NCBI RefSeq assembly: GCF_006345805.1
Contig: NC_043001.1
Coordinates: 69,006,001 to 69,070,000 of the forward strand
Reading direction: 5' to 3'
Origin: Octopus sinensis
Lineage: Eukaryota
Length of the DNA: 64,000 nt
The position numbers and the translations under genes were made by a program. Shown in pieces: positions 24,626 through 37,800 of this stretch (its first letter is position 1; every line of letters begins with the position of its first letter). The notes below the pieces were generated by a model. That model was not told where the DNA came from, did not search any database, and saw only the letters and a list, made by a program, of their open reading frames with translations.

Positions 24626-26205
24626 AAAAATTAAAAACCCTTCCCTACATCTCTACACACAACCCACTTAACAATGAGGCCTTCAGCACCATACTACAAA
24701 GCACAGCCCTACTAAAGGGAGACCCAAAGATGAACCGGATCCTCGAAACACATACCATCATTGAAAGTAAACGGCAACCAAACTCCTTGAAAAGGATTTT
24801 AACCCAAGCTAAACTGCACTCAACATCAACCACAAAACCAGCAGTTAGAAAATGTGGAAGGCCCAACTGCGGAATCTGTGTCATTTTGGTAGAAGGTTCA
24901 GAATTTATACTAGAACAAGGCCATCAGTTCACCATTAGAACAAACTTCACCTGTGCATCAGAAAACATAATTTACGTCTTAACATGCGCAGGCTGCAATA
25001 GGCAGTATATAAGCCATACAAAAAATAGCTTACGTAAAAGGATGGCGGTGCATAAATCCCAAATTAGAAACCCTGAATACCGGAAAATACCGGTCAGCGG
25101 ACACATAGATAGATGTGCTACAAATGAAAATCCGAAATTTACAACTTACCCACTTTACAAATTCAGTGACAACGTAACCTTCACCCAACGCCAAAATAAA
25201 TAACTTTATTTCATGAAAAAATTTAGACCAAGTTTGAACACCCTGGGCCAGGAATATTAAAACAAAACATTGGTCTTCCGAAAAGGAAAAATGAAATTCT
25301 ACCACAACCACCACGACCACTACGTCTACTTCCACTAGCACTACTACTACAACCACCGTGTTCACTACTATTGCTGCTATGATCAACAGCCCTCTACTAC
25401 TACTGCTGCTGCTACGGCCACAGTGTGAGAATTAAAATAGTAAAAAAAGGGTGGAGGTGGGGGGAATTACAATTTCTCAGATCTTTAAACACTCACTCTC
25501 GCTTGCAGTGCTATGTTTTAGGGAAAGATGAATTTATAAAAAAATTTTTTCTGCGAGCAGATCTGATTTTGAATCGTTAAAACATTGATGACGTTTTTCT
25601 TCCGTGATCAAGCTTGTCGCTCTGCTTGGTTGGTTTCCTTACAGGATACAGTTATGGGTCTTTTCCTTGTATTCGTTGAAGTTTGGTTTGGATTGGTTTG
25701 GAATTATGTGACGTCAGTGAACAGTGCCAGTGAACCGACCACTATTGCTGCTACGATCAACAGTCCTCTACTACTGCTGCTGCTGCTGCCACGGCCACAG
25801 CTTAACTGCTACAACCCCAACCACCACCAAGGTTGCCAAAATTACGACCAGCAGTAACAGCCACAGGTTACTACTACTACGACCAACAATCACTACTGTT
25901 GCTACCATTGGAACACAAGGTAACAAAAAAGCGGTTCCTTTTGATACCAGCAAGAAACAATAATGGACTTCTTCACTACACTCAACAGTAATATAGCGAT
26001 TATACCAACTACTGACAAAACACCACCACATGGATTCTATTGAGACCAGTAAGAAACGATTATGAACTTTTCCATTGCACTTTTTATAATATTTTTGATA
26101 AGGTTCTTTTTTTCAAGAATCGAAACCTGTAAAATTCATAAGAAAATTAAAATTTATCTAATATAGTGGCGTTTTCAAACTTCTTTTTTACAAATATATA
26201 TATAT
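24626..26205 (+). mobile_element. 5'-truncated Neptune-type PLE (same family as 57426-62954)
   Basis: 24626-25260 aligns closely to 61327-61975; ORF 24730-25203 has CGRPNCGIC linker and NIIYVLTCAGCNRQYISHT GIY-YIG; pLTR-like end at 26040-26205. Confidence 0.9.
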
Positions 26206-26206
26206 A

Positions 26207-26285
26207 CTTTATTTAAAGCAGCAGCAGAAAATTCAACAAAATCTGTTACTCTGAGTTTCTCGTTGCCGTTCATCAGACAGTTTTT
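26207..26285 (-). ncRNA. Solo PLE 3'-end stub consisting of an atypical minimal HHR plus AATAAA
   Basis: Reverse: CTGT-CTGATGA-ACGGCAACGA-GAAAC-TCAGA-GTA^ACAG; HHR identical to 52664-52711 and 55286-55332. Confidence 0.75.
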
Positions 26286-28194
26286 ATATATAGTATGTAT
26301 TTGCTAACTTATGTATGTATGTACATGCATATAAATAGAAAGGTAGATAAATAGCTAGATAACCAGAGAGAGAGAGAAAGGGGGAGAGAGAGAGAAGAAG
26401 AAGGAACTGGGTCAAAGCTGTAACTAGAAACTGACAACATTTCTCTATCTCTATAACAACGGTAGCAGTGCCCCACACCACTTATTCCTGGCGCAACATT
26501 ATTAATGTAAAATATATTTGATAAGCAGATACATTGTTCATTTAGTTCATTTACCTATTGACCTATATAACTAGCAGATTGTTTTAAAATTGTATTACGT
26601 AGATATTCGAGGCATTATTTATACTTGAAACGATTGTAAATGCTATCATATTATTAGGGCACTTCACCTCAAGCTAATTTCCGGACAGTTGCCATTTGAA
26701 GACACTTCTAAATGTCTTTTATCATTTTAATGACGAACTCCAACAATATTGACAAAAGAAACTTTTACAATTAATCTTAATAAACACTTACAAAATGCCA
26801 GAATTGATTAATAATGGACATGTACTTGACAATCAATTTACTTATCCATTCATATTGTCATTCTAATAATCATTAATACTCACATCATCCTCATTGTTAT
26901 CTATGTTTCTATTGTAAAGTTTATTATGCTGTCTGTTTTCTTTGAAGCATATTGATTTATTGTATAAAAGAGTGGAGCATTATACTTTTGTGGGTGTTGA
27001 ATGGTGAATGGCGTTATGCCAGAGGAGAAGCACAACGACTGGACTCTGATCTTTAATAGAGGTCCAGTGCATGAAGCGACATTCTAACATTTCCTTTTAA
27101 AATAATAGTTTTTAAACTTTTAATTTGCATCGTGGAGTTATGGATGTCGTCACAATTCTCTGAATTATTACGTGAATAGCATACAAATGACATCTCTCGA
27201 GTTTGAACACGATACATTTGAGCTAACAATCTGCTAGTGGTTTCCTTAATAAATCTTGAATTATGTCCGAACATAAGGGAACATATTCTTAAACATGATG
27301 GCAATTTCATTAAAGTCTTTAAGACTATTTTTCAATTTCAAATTGCAAGGAAGACCTTTCATTATGCTCAACTAAATCGATTTCTTCACATTGTTTTGCG
27401 ATTTTTGTATAACTCACGGAGAGTAAAAATGAAATCTAATAAGAATTTATTGTTTTCACATCAACTAAGATATTATTTCTATCCCTAAACTATAATGGCA
27501 TCAGCTGTTCTGAGCTAACCGGTTTTGTACTTCAACTACTCACGCACGCCTGACCCACTCAAATGTCCACATCTCAATAATCGTTGTGCACCCCGCTGCC
27601 CACTCTTGCACTAATCACTATCCTCATTCCTTTTCAGAACATTGGCCCCTTGGAATCTCCTCCCTGCTCATATCTTTCCTGTTGGCCTTCACCTGGAATA
27701 TCGAATGTCCTCCCCTTTTCTCTAGATCCAGCAAGTAAACACAAATACTTTAACAAATAATTCCTGTAGACAACATTGTATCGTATTTGATGTTCTTGAT
27801 ATTAGATAAAATTACAATGGAAAGTGTAAGAAGTAATGACGGTAAGCATTTTGTCCGATGCGCAAAAAATTTTCCTAGTTCACCATCTTCGTATTATCAA
27901 TAAAATAATACACAATTAAGCCAAAGTTGGGATTTAAAATGTAATGAAAGTAGTGGAAAAACTGTATTAAGATTCTTTCTTCTTAACAGTCACAACGGCA
28001 GTTCTCTGTCAACTTACAATGCCAATCGCTTGAGAGACCTATGTGGTATTGTCATTTATGCTCTAATTGCTGAGGGATATGTAGAGGTATCAGTAATATA
28101 TTGTGAATATTGAGATCTTAATGTGTAATGACTGAAAGAATGTTTCAGTTAACAACACAACTTTGGGATACAATAGATAGTAAGATATACTTAC

Positions 28195-28304
28195 CTATCT
28201 ACGCTGATAGCAGTAAGGTTTAATATAGAAGCTGTACAATACATTACATCACTCGCTACCCATGCATCACAAAGCTGGTCGCTCAGCGTCCACCTTTCTA
28301 CAAC
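28195..28304 (-). CDS. DRD2: Internal 110-bp coding exon of a D2-like dopamine (aminergic class A GPCR) receptor: ECL1-TM3 up to DR of DRY
   Basis: Polypyrimidine+ctccAG acceptor, [45 protein letters not shown] donor. Has C3.25 and D3.32. Phase 0 start and phase 2 split inside R of DRY match the DRD2 exon architecture as I recall it; another aminergic subtype is not excluded. Confidence 0.82.
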
Positions 28305-28559
28305 CTGGAGAAAAAAAAAATTGAAATGAATTAAATACATTATCAATGCTAAACAATATAATAGCATATATATGGAAAAAAAGTCAAGGTAGAAAATAAT
28401 TTTATAAAACACAATTTGTACCGGTTTCAGTCATTGAAACATTTTCAACTGTAAGTATGGAAAACGATTAAATTTTGGAAAAATTACATGAAAAGTTTTT
28501 AAATGAACATTTGCATAGTATTTAAATAAAAGGGGCATTTTCCTTGTTTCTGTCTCGAA

Positions 28560-29900
28560 CCTATACTATTACACCTAAGATGTGCAACATTCAGTGTTTT
28601 AGTCAGAGTAATACCTGCAGCCCGGATTTTACGTCTTGTGATTAATTTCACTTTTGCACGTACCAGGCGGTGGTCAGTCCAACATTCAGCCCCACGAAGA
28701 ACGCGAACACACTGCACATCACGTCTGTCACGCACCCTAACAAGGATGTAATTCAGAATATGCTATTCTTTAGATGCAGGATGCATCCATGTGGTCTTAA
28801 AATTATTCTTTTGTTGAAAGATGGTATTGGTAACACACAGACGAGGCTTCTTGCACATATGCAGCAGAAACATAACAGTACTATTACACTCTCCCACCCC
28901 ATGCTTTCCAATTACAGTCCATGTGTTAAACCCCTACCCACTCTAGCATTAATGTCACCCAGTACGATAACTTTGTCTGCCCGAGGGATATTTCTTATAA
29001 TGCCCTTCAAAGCATGGTAGAAATAAACTTTTCATCATCAATAGAGCACATAGTTGGAGCATACACACTCACCAAGGCCACATAATTTCCTTTAACCAAA
29101 GGAATTCTTATGGACATAAGACGCTCGTTAATCCCGACTGGGAATTCTTCCAACTTGTCCACAAGAGTAGTCTTAACAGAAAATGTCACTCCACCCTCTC
29201 CTCTAAGCACTTCATCTCTGCCTTTCCAAAAGAATGTATATTTTCCACAAGATTCTGTAAGATGACCATCTCCAGCTAATCTCGTTTCAGATAAAGCAAC
29301 AACGTCAAGATGATAGCGTCGAAGCTCCTTCACAACAAGAGCAGCCCTTCGTTCAGGACATTCTAAGGACTCGCAGTCAAGCAGTGTCTGTACATTTCAA
29401 CAGCCAATATTCAATATTTTATTTGGTTCTATCACAGTAGCATGATGACGGCCGGGTTCAGACTGTAATGCTCTGGAGCCCCTGCTGGGCCAGACTCTTT
29501 CATCTGATGTGGTTCCAGAGTCCCTACTGCTATTTATACTGTTTTGGTACATCATTGATTGTTTGCTTTTTTAAAGCTACAGCCAGCCATTCAGTTGAGA
29601 CTCATATAGCACTTTCAACAATCATCAATTAGTTAATTAATTAATTAATCAATCAATGTTGTTATCGTGCAATGCCTGTGCCAGTAGAATATTTTTAAAG
29701 TGAAGAAAGGCTGTGCACCGAGTCAATCCCACTCAATAAGCAGCAGCAGCCATAACCCAAAAAGAAGAACAAGTCAACATCATCGGTAACCACTGAGCCA
29801 CAGGTCTTATGTAAGAGTTATCCCAGTTACCTGAGTTGCCTTCTCCTAGAAGGATGCCCTAACAAAGGCTAGAGTCCTTCAATCCCAATGGTTTAACCGC
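28560..29900 (-). mobile_element. RTE/BovB-like LINE 5' part (UTR and APE endonuclease), truncated
   Basis: KELRRYHLDVVALSETRLAGDG, YVALVSVYAPT, VIVLGDINARVG, TTWMHP, ECWTDHRLVRAK. Confidence 0.9.
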
Positions 29901-30361
29901 GAGATCGAGTATTCAGTTCGATTATTTCTATGTCCCCACGCAAGACACAGTCATAGTCTGCATAAATTATATATATATATAAAAAAATAAATATATATAT
30001 TTTAAAATAGATAAAAATTAGGCAAAAAAACGTACAATATATAAAAATATTGATATACAATATATACATAAAATATACGATATGGAATATATAAGATTGA
30101 CATATATACAATTTAAAAACACAATATACAATATGCACACACACACAAACACACGTAGTTCAATGGCCGTTGACTGCGTTGTAGCTCCTCCGCCTGCCTT
30201 TGACGGATCTTATTTTTGCCCCGTAGGGTGTTCAACAAGCACCAACCTCACCAAGCAAGCCTAGTGGGGTTGCCAGTTCAGTCGTTGACGACCCTATCAT
30301 GAAAAAGGTTTACTGGACTACATGGTACCAGTAACACGCAAGAGCAAACTGATATATACAC

Positions 30362-30394
<33 letters not shown>

Positions 30395-30396
30395 AT

Positions 30397-30431
<35 letters not shown>

Positions 30432-30470
30432 CATATACATGTTTGTACATATATATACATACATATATAC

Positions 30471-30580
<110 letters not shown>

Positions 30581-30611
30581 GGGTGTGTGTGATTGTGCAT
30601 AGAAGAATATA

Positions 30612-30927
30612 TTAATAAAGGGAATTACAACCTTGTCTGATTTTCACGTTTTATTTACAATCTTATAATGATATAATATAAGATAATATAATATAATAAA
30701 ATAAAATAAAATAAAATAATAGAATGTTAAATGTTCATTCTGATTGAACTAGTACTTTCAGGCATTATTTAATGCATAATTTAATGCATGAAAGTACTAG
30801 TTCAATCAGAATGAACATTTAACATTCTATTATTTTATTTTATTATATTATATTATATTATATTATATCATTATAAGATTGTAAATAAAACGTGAAAATC
30901 AGACAAGGTTGGAATTCTTTTTATTAA
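30612..30927. repeat. Near-perfect 316-bp palindrome (hairpin/MITE-like)
   Basis: CCTTGTCTGATTTTCACG...GTACTTTCA versus TGAAAGTAC...CGTGAAAATCAGACAAGG; differences mainly (ATAAA)/(ATATA) slippage. Confidence 0.92.
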
Positions 30928-30959
30928 CGTATATATATATATACATATATATATATAAC

Positions 30960-31150
30960 CGGAAGGTTTACGAAAATAAACAAAAGACGAAGGCAGGTGG
31001 AGTACAAACAAACAATATATTAGTATGGCGCTCAGGAATAGAAATAAAACAAATCTTTTACGTTTCGAGCCTACGCTCTTCAACAGAAAGTTACACAGCA
31101 AAGAAACAAGGAGAGAAACAAGGAGAGAAAAAATTGCGTGTAGGGGCTAA
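30960..31150 (-). mobile_element. Non-autonomous PLE 3' end with variant HHR-like motif
   Basis: Reverse 31090-31055: CTTT-CTGTTGA-A-GAGC-GTAG-GCTC-GAAAC-GTA-AAAG. Confidence 0.7.
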
Positions 31151-31399
31151 ATATATATATATACGTATATACATATATATACATATATATACACATATAT
31201 ATATATGCACATATATACATGCATATGTATGTATATATATGTATATATAGAAATTAAATAATGAGGGTAGAAATTAATATTAATTAACACCAATTTAAAC
31301 CAGTGGCTTAGCATATTTAAAATAATCCGAAGTTTAAAAATTATATTACATCAACATATAGGAGGAATGGCCACCAAAGTAGATTCCTTTGGGATATTA

Positions 31400-31900
31400 T
31401 TCATTTTCGTCATTAAACGCTCATTTTTTGTGTTTATAACTACAAGGTGGGCTGAATGGTTAACAATAATATCCCTTTTGGGGGTCTGAATAATTTTTTT
31501 CCGTGCTTATTTCAATGTCGGACTCGATGGTACAGACTGACGATTTTTCCTCTTTTGTCTTTTCTTCTTCCTCTGTTGTTGTTATTCCCCTGCTGTATTT
31601 TCTAACATTTCTCCTTCCGTTTCTTCTGTTGTTCTTGTTGATGGTTCTGATGATGATGGCGATGTTGTGGCTTCTGGGGATTCTTCTGAAAGTGGGAGAT
31701 TCGGTGCTTCCTTGAGAGGAGGCTTGCACTCGGCTTTGACATGGCCAACCATATAAAGCACCGAGGCATTACCATGTTCACGAAATGTGAGCGAGGTCGA
31801 ACCCCACACGCTATACTTGTCTTTTGAAAAGAGAGTGGTGTTGTGGTTCAGTGATATATTCCTGATGTCAAATTACTTAGAAATTTGATAGAAATCCATA
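31400..31900 (-). mobile_element. Second Tx1-like ORF1 fragment
   Basis: Frameshifted PRCF.C...GHVKAEC knuckle followed by an acidic/basic low-complexity tail. Confidence 0.55.
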
Positions 31901-32700
31901 TAATCTCAATATCGCGTGTGAAACAAGTAATCCTTTACAGTGCGACGTTTCCTTTGTATTTCAGTATATATATATATATATATATAATAATTTGTTGCGT
32001 AATGAGATAAAAAAAACCAAGGTTGTGTAGATATTAGGATTTTTATAGATAGAAGGTCTTACGGATCTTTTCCTTTTCATGGACGGAATTTTCTAGTTAA
32101 CTAAACAATTTGAAACTTCGTATACTGGTAGAAGGTGTCAAAAGAAAACATTATTGTAAACAACATTGAAAACAAAATTGTAATTTGTAAGTTTAACCTA
32201 GTTTAATTCTTCGAAAAGCATAAAAAGTAAAAGATCCGGTCTTACACCTGTTTCCAAGATATTTATTAATTATATCCCTTCATCGGAGACGGTGTGAGAG
32301 AATGGTCAAGTCATAGTTTAGATATGATACAAAATAGAGAGTGAGGTGGAGGAAAGAAAATAGATGCAAGATATGTAGGGATATTGAAGTTGTAGATCCA
32401 TATTTTAGACAGAATGGTATGCATGTAAGATTCCAATACCTTATGAGTAAAGTTCAACAGAATTTAAAATGGGTCCTTCCAAATATAGAGTTTATGCCTT
32501 ATGAGTGAGATCCATCAGTTTTTAAACTTGGCAATTCCAAGTACAGAATTTATACACAGTGTTGTAGAGTCAAAGGTTTTATTTAAAGTGACCTAAAAAT
32601 AGGGAGTGTATAGTAGGATCAAATCGGAAACAGGAAGAGAGGAATAAAGAAAGAGAATAAAGAGAAGAGAGAGAAAATTAAAGGGGAGAGAAAAGAGAAA

Positions 32701-32775
32701 GAAGAAGAAGAAGAAGAAGAAGAAGAAGAAGAAGAAGAAGAAGAAGAAGAAGAAGAAGAAGAAGAAGAAGAAGAA
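32701..32775. repeat. (GAA)25 microsatellite in a purine-rich tract
   Basis: Direct count. Confidence 0.95.
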
Positions 32776-33387
32776 AGTAAGAAAAAGTAATAAATAATAA
32801 CAAAATAATAAAAAATTAAACCCTGAAGAGAGGAATAAAGGGAATAAAGACAAAAGAAAAATGAAGATATAGATAAGTCAGTGGTCATTGGAGATAATTT
32901 GAAAGTAGGAGTGGGGAGATAAAGGGTGAAAGAGAGAGAACTGTGTTATAGTGTAAAAGGATAGAAGGAATTGGGGTGGTGGTAAAAGGTAAAGTAATGA
33001 CAAATGTGTAGTGGTAGAGTCTAAGTGTAGGGGCAGAGAGAGGGGTTAGTAGTATGAAGAATTAAGGAATTTTATGTTTAGCAGTTCAGTGCTTAGTAAT
33101 ATAAGAAAATATATATGTGATGTATACACATGTATATATCAGACATGTTACGCATACAATCCTTACTCGCATGCATATGCACACTCACGCATACGTGCAT
33201 CTGCATGTATAATCTAGCGTTCCTAATAGAAATTATTGAGAAAATTCTGAAAAATCTATTTTAATACACACTATACTGCACACGACCTATACAATACTCT
33301 CTTCTTTTGTTTGAAAGTCTAAAATTAGAACATATACAAACATACATACATACATACATACATACATACATACATACATACATACAT

Positions 33388-33418
<31 letters not shown>

Positions 33419-34409
33419 TGCATGCACGGGCAAACACAGACATCTTATATATATGTATATATATATATATGTTTATATATGTGAATCTCTCTATCTCTCT
33501 TTACATACATAAATGCTTACGTATATTGTACTTTACTGGTACAATCCATCCGACGAGCTTCTATACACTTTCTCTTTACTCGATTTTACTCTATGTTATA
33601 GCACTACTCCAAATGATAGGACTACCTTAATCAATACTACCACGCTGGTACTTTTTGTTTGCAAAGCAAACTTCTTAGCCATGTGGGAAACAATGCCTGT
33701 GCACCTACCTTCGTATCGATGAATCCATACTTGCATATACGGTTGATTTGTTGAAAAAAACCATAAATTTGAACAGTAAAAAAACTTATTTTTATATTTG
33801 TGGTAAAAGTAAAACGATATTTGAGTCGATAGCTTCTATATATTTTCATGTCCCTTGGAGCTATTGTTTTGAAAACGGAGAGAAAACGTCTCGTTGTATG
33901 ATACTGATTAAGAAGGAATTTAAAGAATGAAAAAATATATTAAATGATAAATTTAGTTGGCATTATAGTTCTGATTCCACAAAACGTGCCAAAAGCCGGT
34001 ATGTCTACGGTTATACATAAATATATACATATGTGTATGCATACTCACATACCTATACCTACACTCGCTAACTTTGTATATCCGTATTACATTTATATAC
34101 ATATATATATATATATGATAGTGTGTTTATATTTTAAATACATAATTATGCCTCTCTCCCTCCTCTCTCTCTCCGTAAATACGCACACACAAACACACAC
34201 ACACACACACACATGTTATGTTGATACGTTTAAAATCCAAGCTGTTTCCTCTTGAAGTACATCAGCTTATTTTAGTATTGCAAAACCGTATGTAGATGTC
34301 ATTTATTAAGAGTTGTTGAAAAGAGTTGAAAGTACTGGAAAATATTTTTTGCAGTGTAATAATGTAACGACAAAAGATTTACCAAAACCTTTACTATTCA
34401 CCTATTTTG

Positions 34410-34418
34410 ATACATACA

Positions 34419-34452
<34 letters not shown>

Positions 34453-34550
34453 CATACATACATACACACATACATACATACATACATACATACATACATA
34501 CATACATACATACATACATACATACATACATACATACATACATACATACA
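34410..34550. repeat. (TACA)n microsatellite
   Basis: Direct reading; similar tracts at 2560-2628 and 33340-33405. Confidence 0.95.
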
Positions 34551-34749
34551 TGCATCCGATTTAAAAAATTTCTTATTTGCAAACTCTGCACTTTTCTACA
34601 CTTGATCTTTCGCCCAGATAATTTTTTCAGATAGAGCATAACTTTATTGATCATTCTGTTTTCATATAACGTCTCACTTTCTCTCTACATAACATCACAA
34701 TATCCCAACGTACTGTAAAATGTTAAGTCCTTTTCCGAGTCATATAGAC

Positions 34750-34880
34750 TCATAGGGGTGGTTTCCCGCTTTCCAGGGGTTATTTATTCCCCACCTAGGT
34801 GGGATGCCGGTCGGCTGCAGGGTTACCCAGAATTACCAGCTGAGTACACTGAAATGAAGTGTATTGCTCAAGAACACAAA
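34750..34880 (-). mobile_element. SINE core fragment
   Basis: GGGATGCCGGTCGGCTGCAGGGTTACCC...GAAATGAAGTGTATTGCTCAAGAACACAA. Confidence 0.55.
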
Positions 34881-37800
34881 CCTCCAGAACATAAATCATT
34901 TTATGGAGGTCTTATTTAAGAAAATTTACAACTGATTTTTTTTCTGAAATGAAAGAGCCAACGTGTCTGACGATGAATGCATAAATAAAATTCTGTATAT
35001 TCTTTCCATTTTATATTTCATAATACGTGTATTTTATATTTAAAACCATAAATTAATACATTCACAAACACACACACACACCCTCTGTATATATGCATTC
35101 GTATACATATATGTGTATGCGTGCGCGCACCCGCATACGCATTCACGCACACGTAATCACAAACATAAACACGCACGCACGCACACATGCACACAAATAA
35201 ACGCATAAGCGCGTGTACATGCACACACACTCTCACGTATATGTATAATACTTGATGGATTCATCCAGCATGGCAGGTTTATTCATAAGTTGTCATTCTT
35301 CAAATTATAATACCTAAAGAAGTAATTGCACTCTAAGTTTATTGCACGATTTGCATAACTTCGTATGTAATATGAGATAAATGGCGCTCATTTACACGAA
35401 TATCTGCAAATACATCTGTTAATTAACTGCTCCTACGATTCAAAATGTTCGAAGTATTCACTCATGTTTAAAGATGACACATTTATTGAAATCCGTACAT
35501 CTTTACCAACTTCCTTTCCCATGACAATGCAAGATAAAACCGATTGAAATTTAGTGTTGATGCAAATACGATAAAACGAGTATTCATTTCCATTGATGAG
35601 ATTACAAGTCGGGTAGAAATGTTATCCGAAATATAGTACTAAATTGCAAAACTTTTTATTGTACTTAATATTTATCAATGCTCTGTTAGTTCCATTAAAC
35701 TTTCACACTGCTGAATTTGTCCCTATGCACAGAACAGTTACTGATTGAGAAGCGTCTGGCAATCACTTTCTTTGTCACGTATCGAAGCATTAGAAATTGG
35801 TGATTCCGTTCTTACCATATATTGAGTCGAAATGCAAAATTCAGCACTGTGATGTTTAGAACACAACATACACAAAAAGTTATCAATCAATCTTATAACA
35901 ATCTTATAACACTCCAACACTATATGTAATATATATGATACAAGATATAATTGAAGAAATTATTCATTGGAAACCAGTCCTCATCTGATATATATTATAT
36001 CTATTGGAAACACAAGGACTGAAAGTCTAATGCAAATCTGGCGGAATTTTAACAATGATTTGAACAATATCCATGATTATAAAGTAGATAACGTCAAGTA
36101 ATAATAAATATTGGCTTAACGTTAATTAAAGAAACGTGGAAAGACTCATGATCATTTCTATAACCACGAAACCGGTGGTGAGTAAGAGGAAGAAATCATA
36201 ACCCAAATGACTTACCGTACAATTTCAATCATGTTCACTCATAAGACATTGCTCAACCGGCAATAGGAGAGAAAACATTTCCCAAATTGTGGTGTAGCTG
36301 CACTGAACTTGGGACCGAATCTTCCTCAAGTGCATCCATTTTGATTTTACTAGCCGAGATGTATATATAGCTTTATATAGCTCGCAAAATGTGATGCTGT
36401 ATAGCAGTAATCGTACTATGACCAAATGGGTAAATAAATCTGTTCTCAAACAAAGAGTTTCCGAATCTTATCCCACGCCATAACTTTCAGAAATCCAGTT
36501 CTATAGCCTGGGGTAGCTCAATTCTTTGTGAGTAAAATCTTGTAGACGAACACACTACAGAAGCCCATTGAAGGGACTGTATCTGTATAAATACACTTTC
36601 TAATTGTAAAGACTAATAACATTTAGTTCAACGAAGCATAATTCATGTCAGCATACCCAATATATAGCCCAATACCGTATAATAATATACAATGTTATTC
36701 GATAAATCTGTTAAGAAACAAATATGTTTATATGAAAGTAATGTGCAGTATAACCCTACTACAGCACTATTTATAATACAACACTATTTACCTATATATA
36801 GCATAACGAAATATACCAATATTTTCTAGTATAAAACATACACAGTCCTGTCTCTTCTAATTCACTGCTTTTTCCCTTGGCTGTATGCAATAAAAGCATA
36901 CATTTACTATACCAAACATTGTCGATTAATCGATAAATAGTTTGCTGTAGGGAAATCAATAGGTTTGCTTGAACACATAATTTAAATGTCATTTGATTGT
37001 TTATCCTGAGATTAAAGATTAGCTGAAGCTATCAGACAGCGACAAGGTACTTTGCACACATGTAAGTAAATATTAAACCTGGTTTCTTACTATTTGTAAA
37101 AACATTTATGATTATTGGATATTTCCTTAAGAATATATGTCTTCTACTCATTATAGAGACCGCCTGAACGTTATTTACAATATTTAAATCTATGCTCAGT
37201 GGCAGATTAGACAGGGGTCATATTTTACCGTCCAACTCCTACTCTGATTTATAAAACAAACAGTACTTGAGTTAAATATACTGACTTTCAAATTGCTAGA
37301 GGTAACAGCTAAACTTCTCCCGAATAACACCTTACCGTCTTATAAAACAGTAATGCAGACAATTTTCTTAGATACAGAATATATAAAAATAAATGACATT
37401 ATGGGTCTCATCAGGATTGTGTTGAGGTTTGAAAACAAGAACCATCAACGTAAAAAGAAACAAGAAAGAAAGCATTGATCGCCCCAACATCATCACGTAC
37501 CACTACTCCCATCTAACATTAACACTGCTATCGTCAGAATGTAGATGGTCTGGTTCAGCAAAAACAATAGCAGAATACTACATATACACAAGGTCAAGTA
37601 AAGTAGGCGAAAGATAAAATTGATCACAGTTTATGTTAGTATTTGTCTTTCTTTTAGAAGTAAACTCAACAATAAAATCGAGTCTAATATTTGAACTACT
37701 GTGTCTCACTTGTGTAACAAATTGTTAAAATGAACTTATTCAGAGACAAGAAAACATTTGTGGATTACAGCTGGTTTCCATTATCAAACAGGCATTGTTT

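Noticed and set aside
32150-32600. Possible PLE RT relic on the minus strand
   Set aside because: Motifs too degraded to support a call without a profile search.
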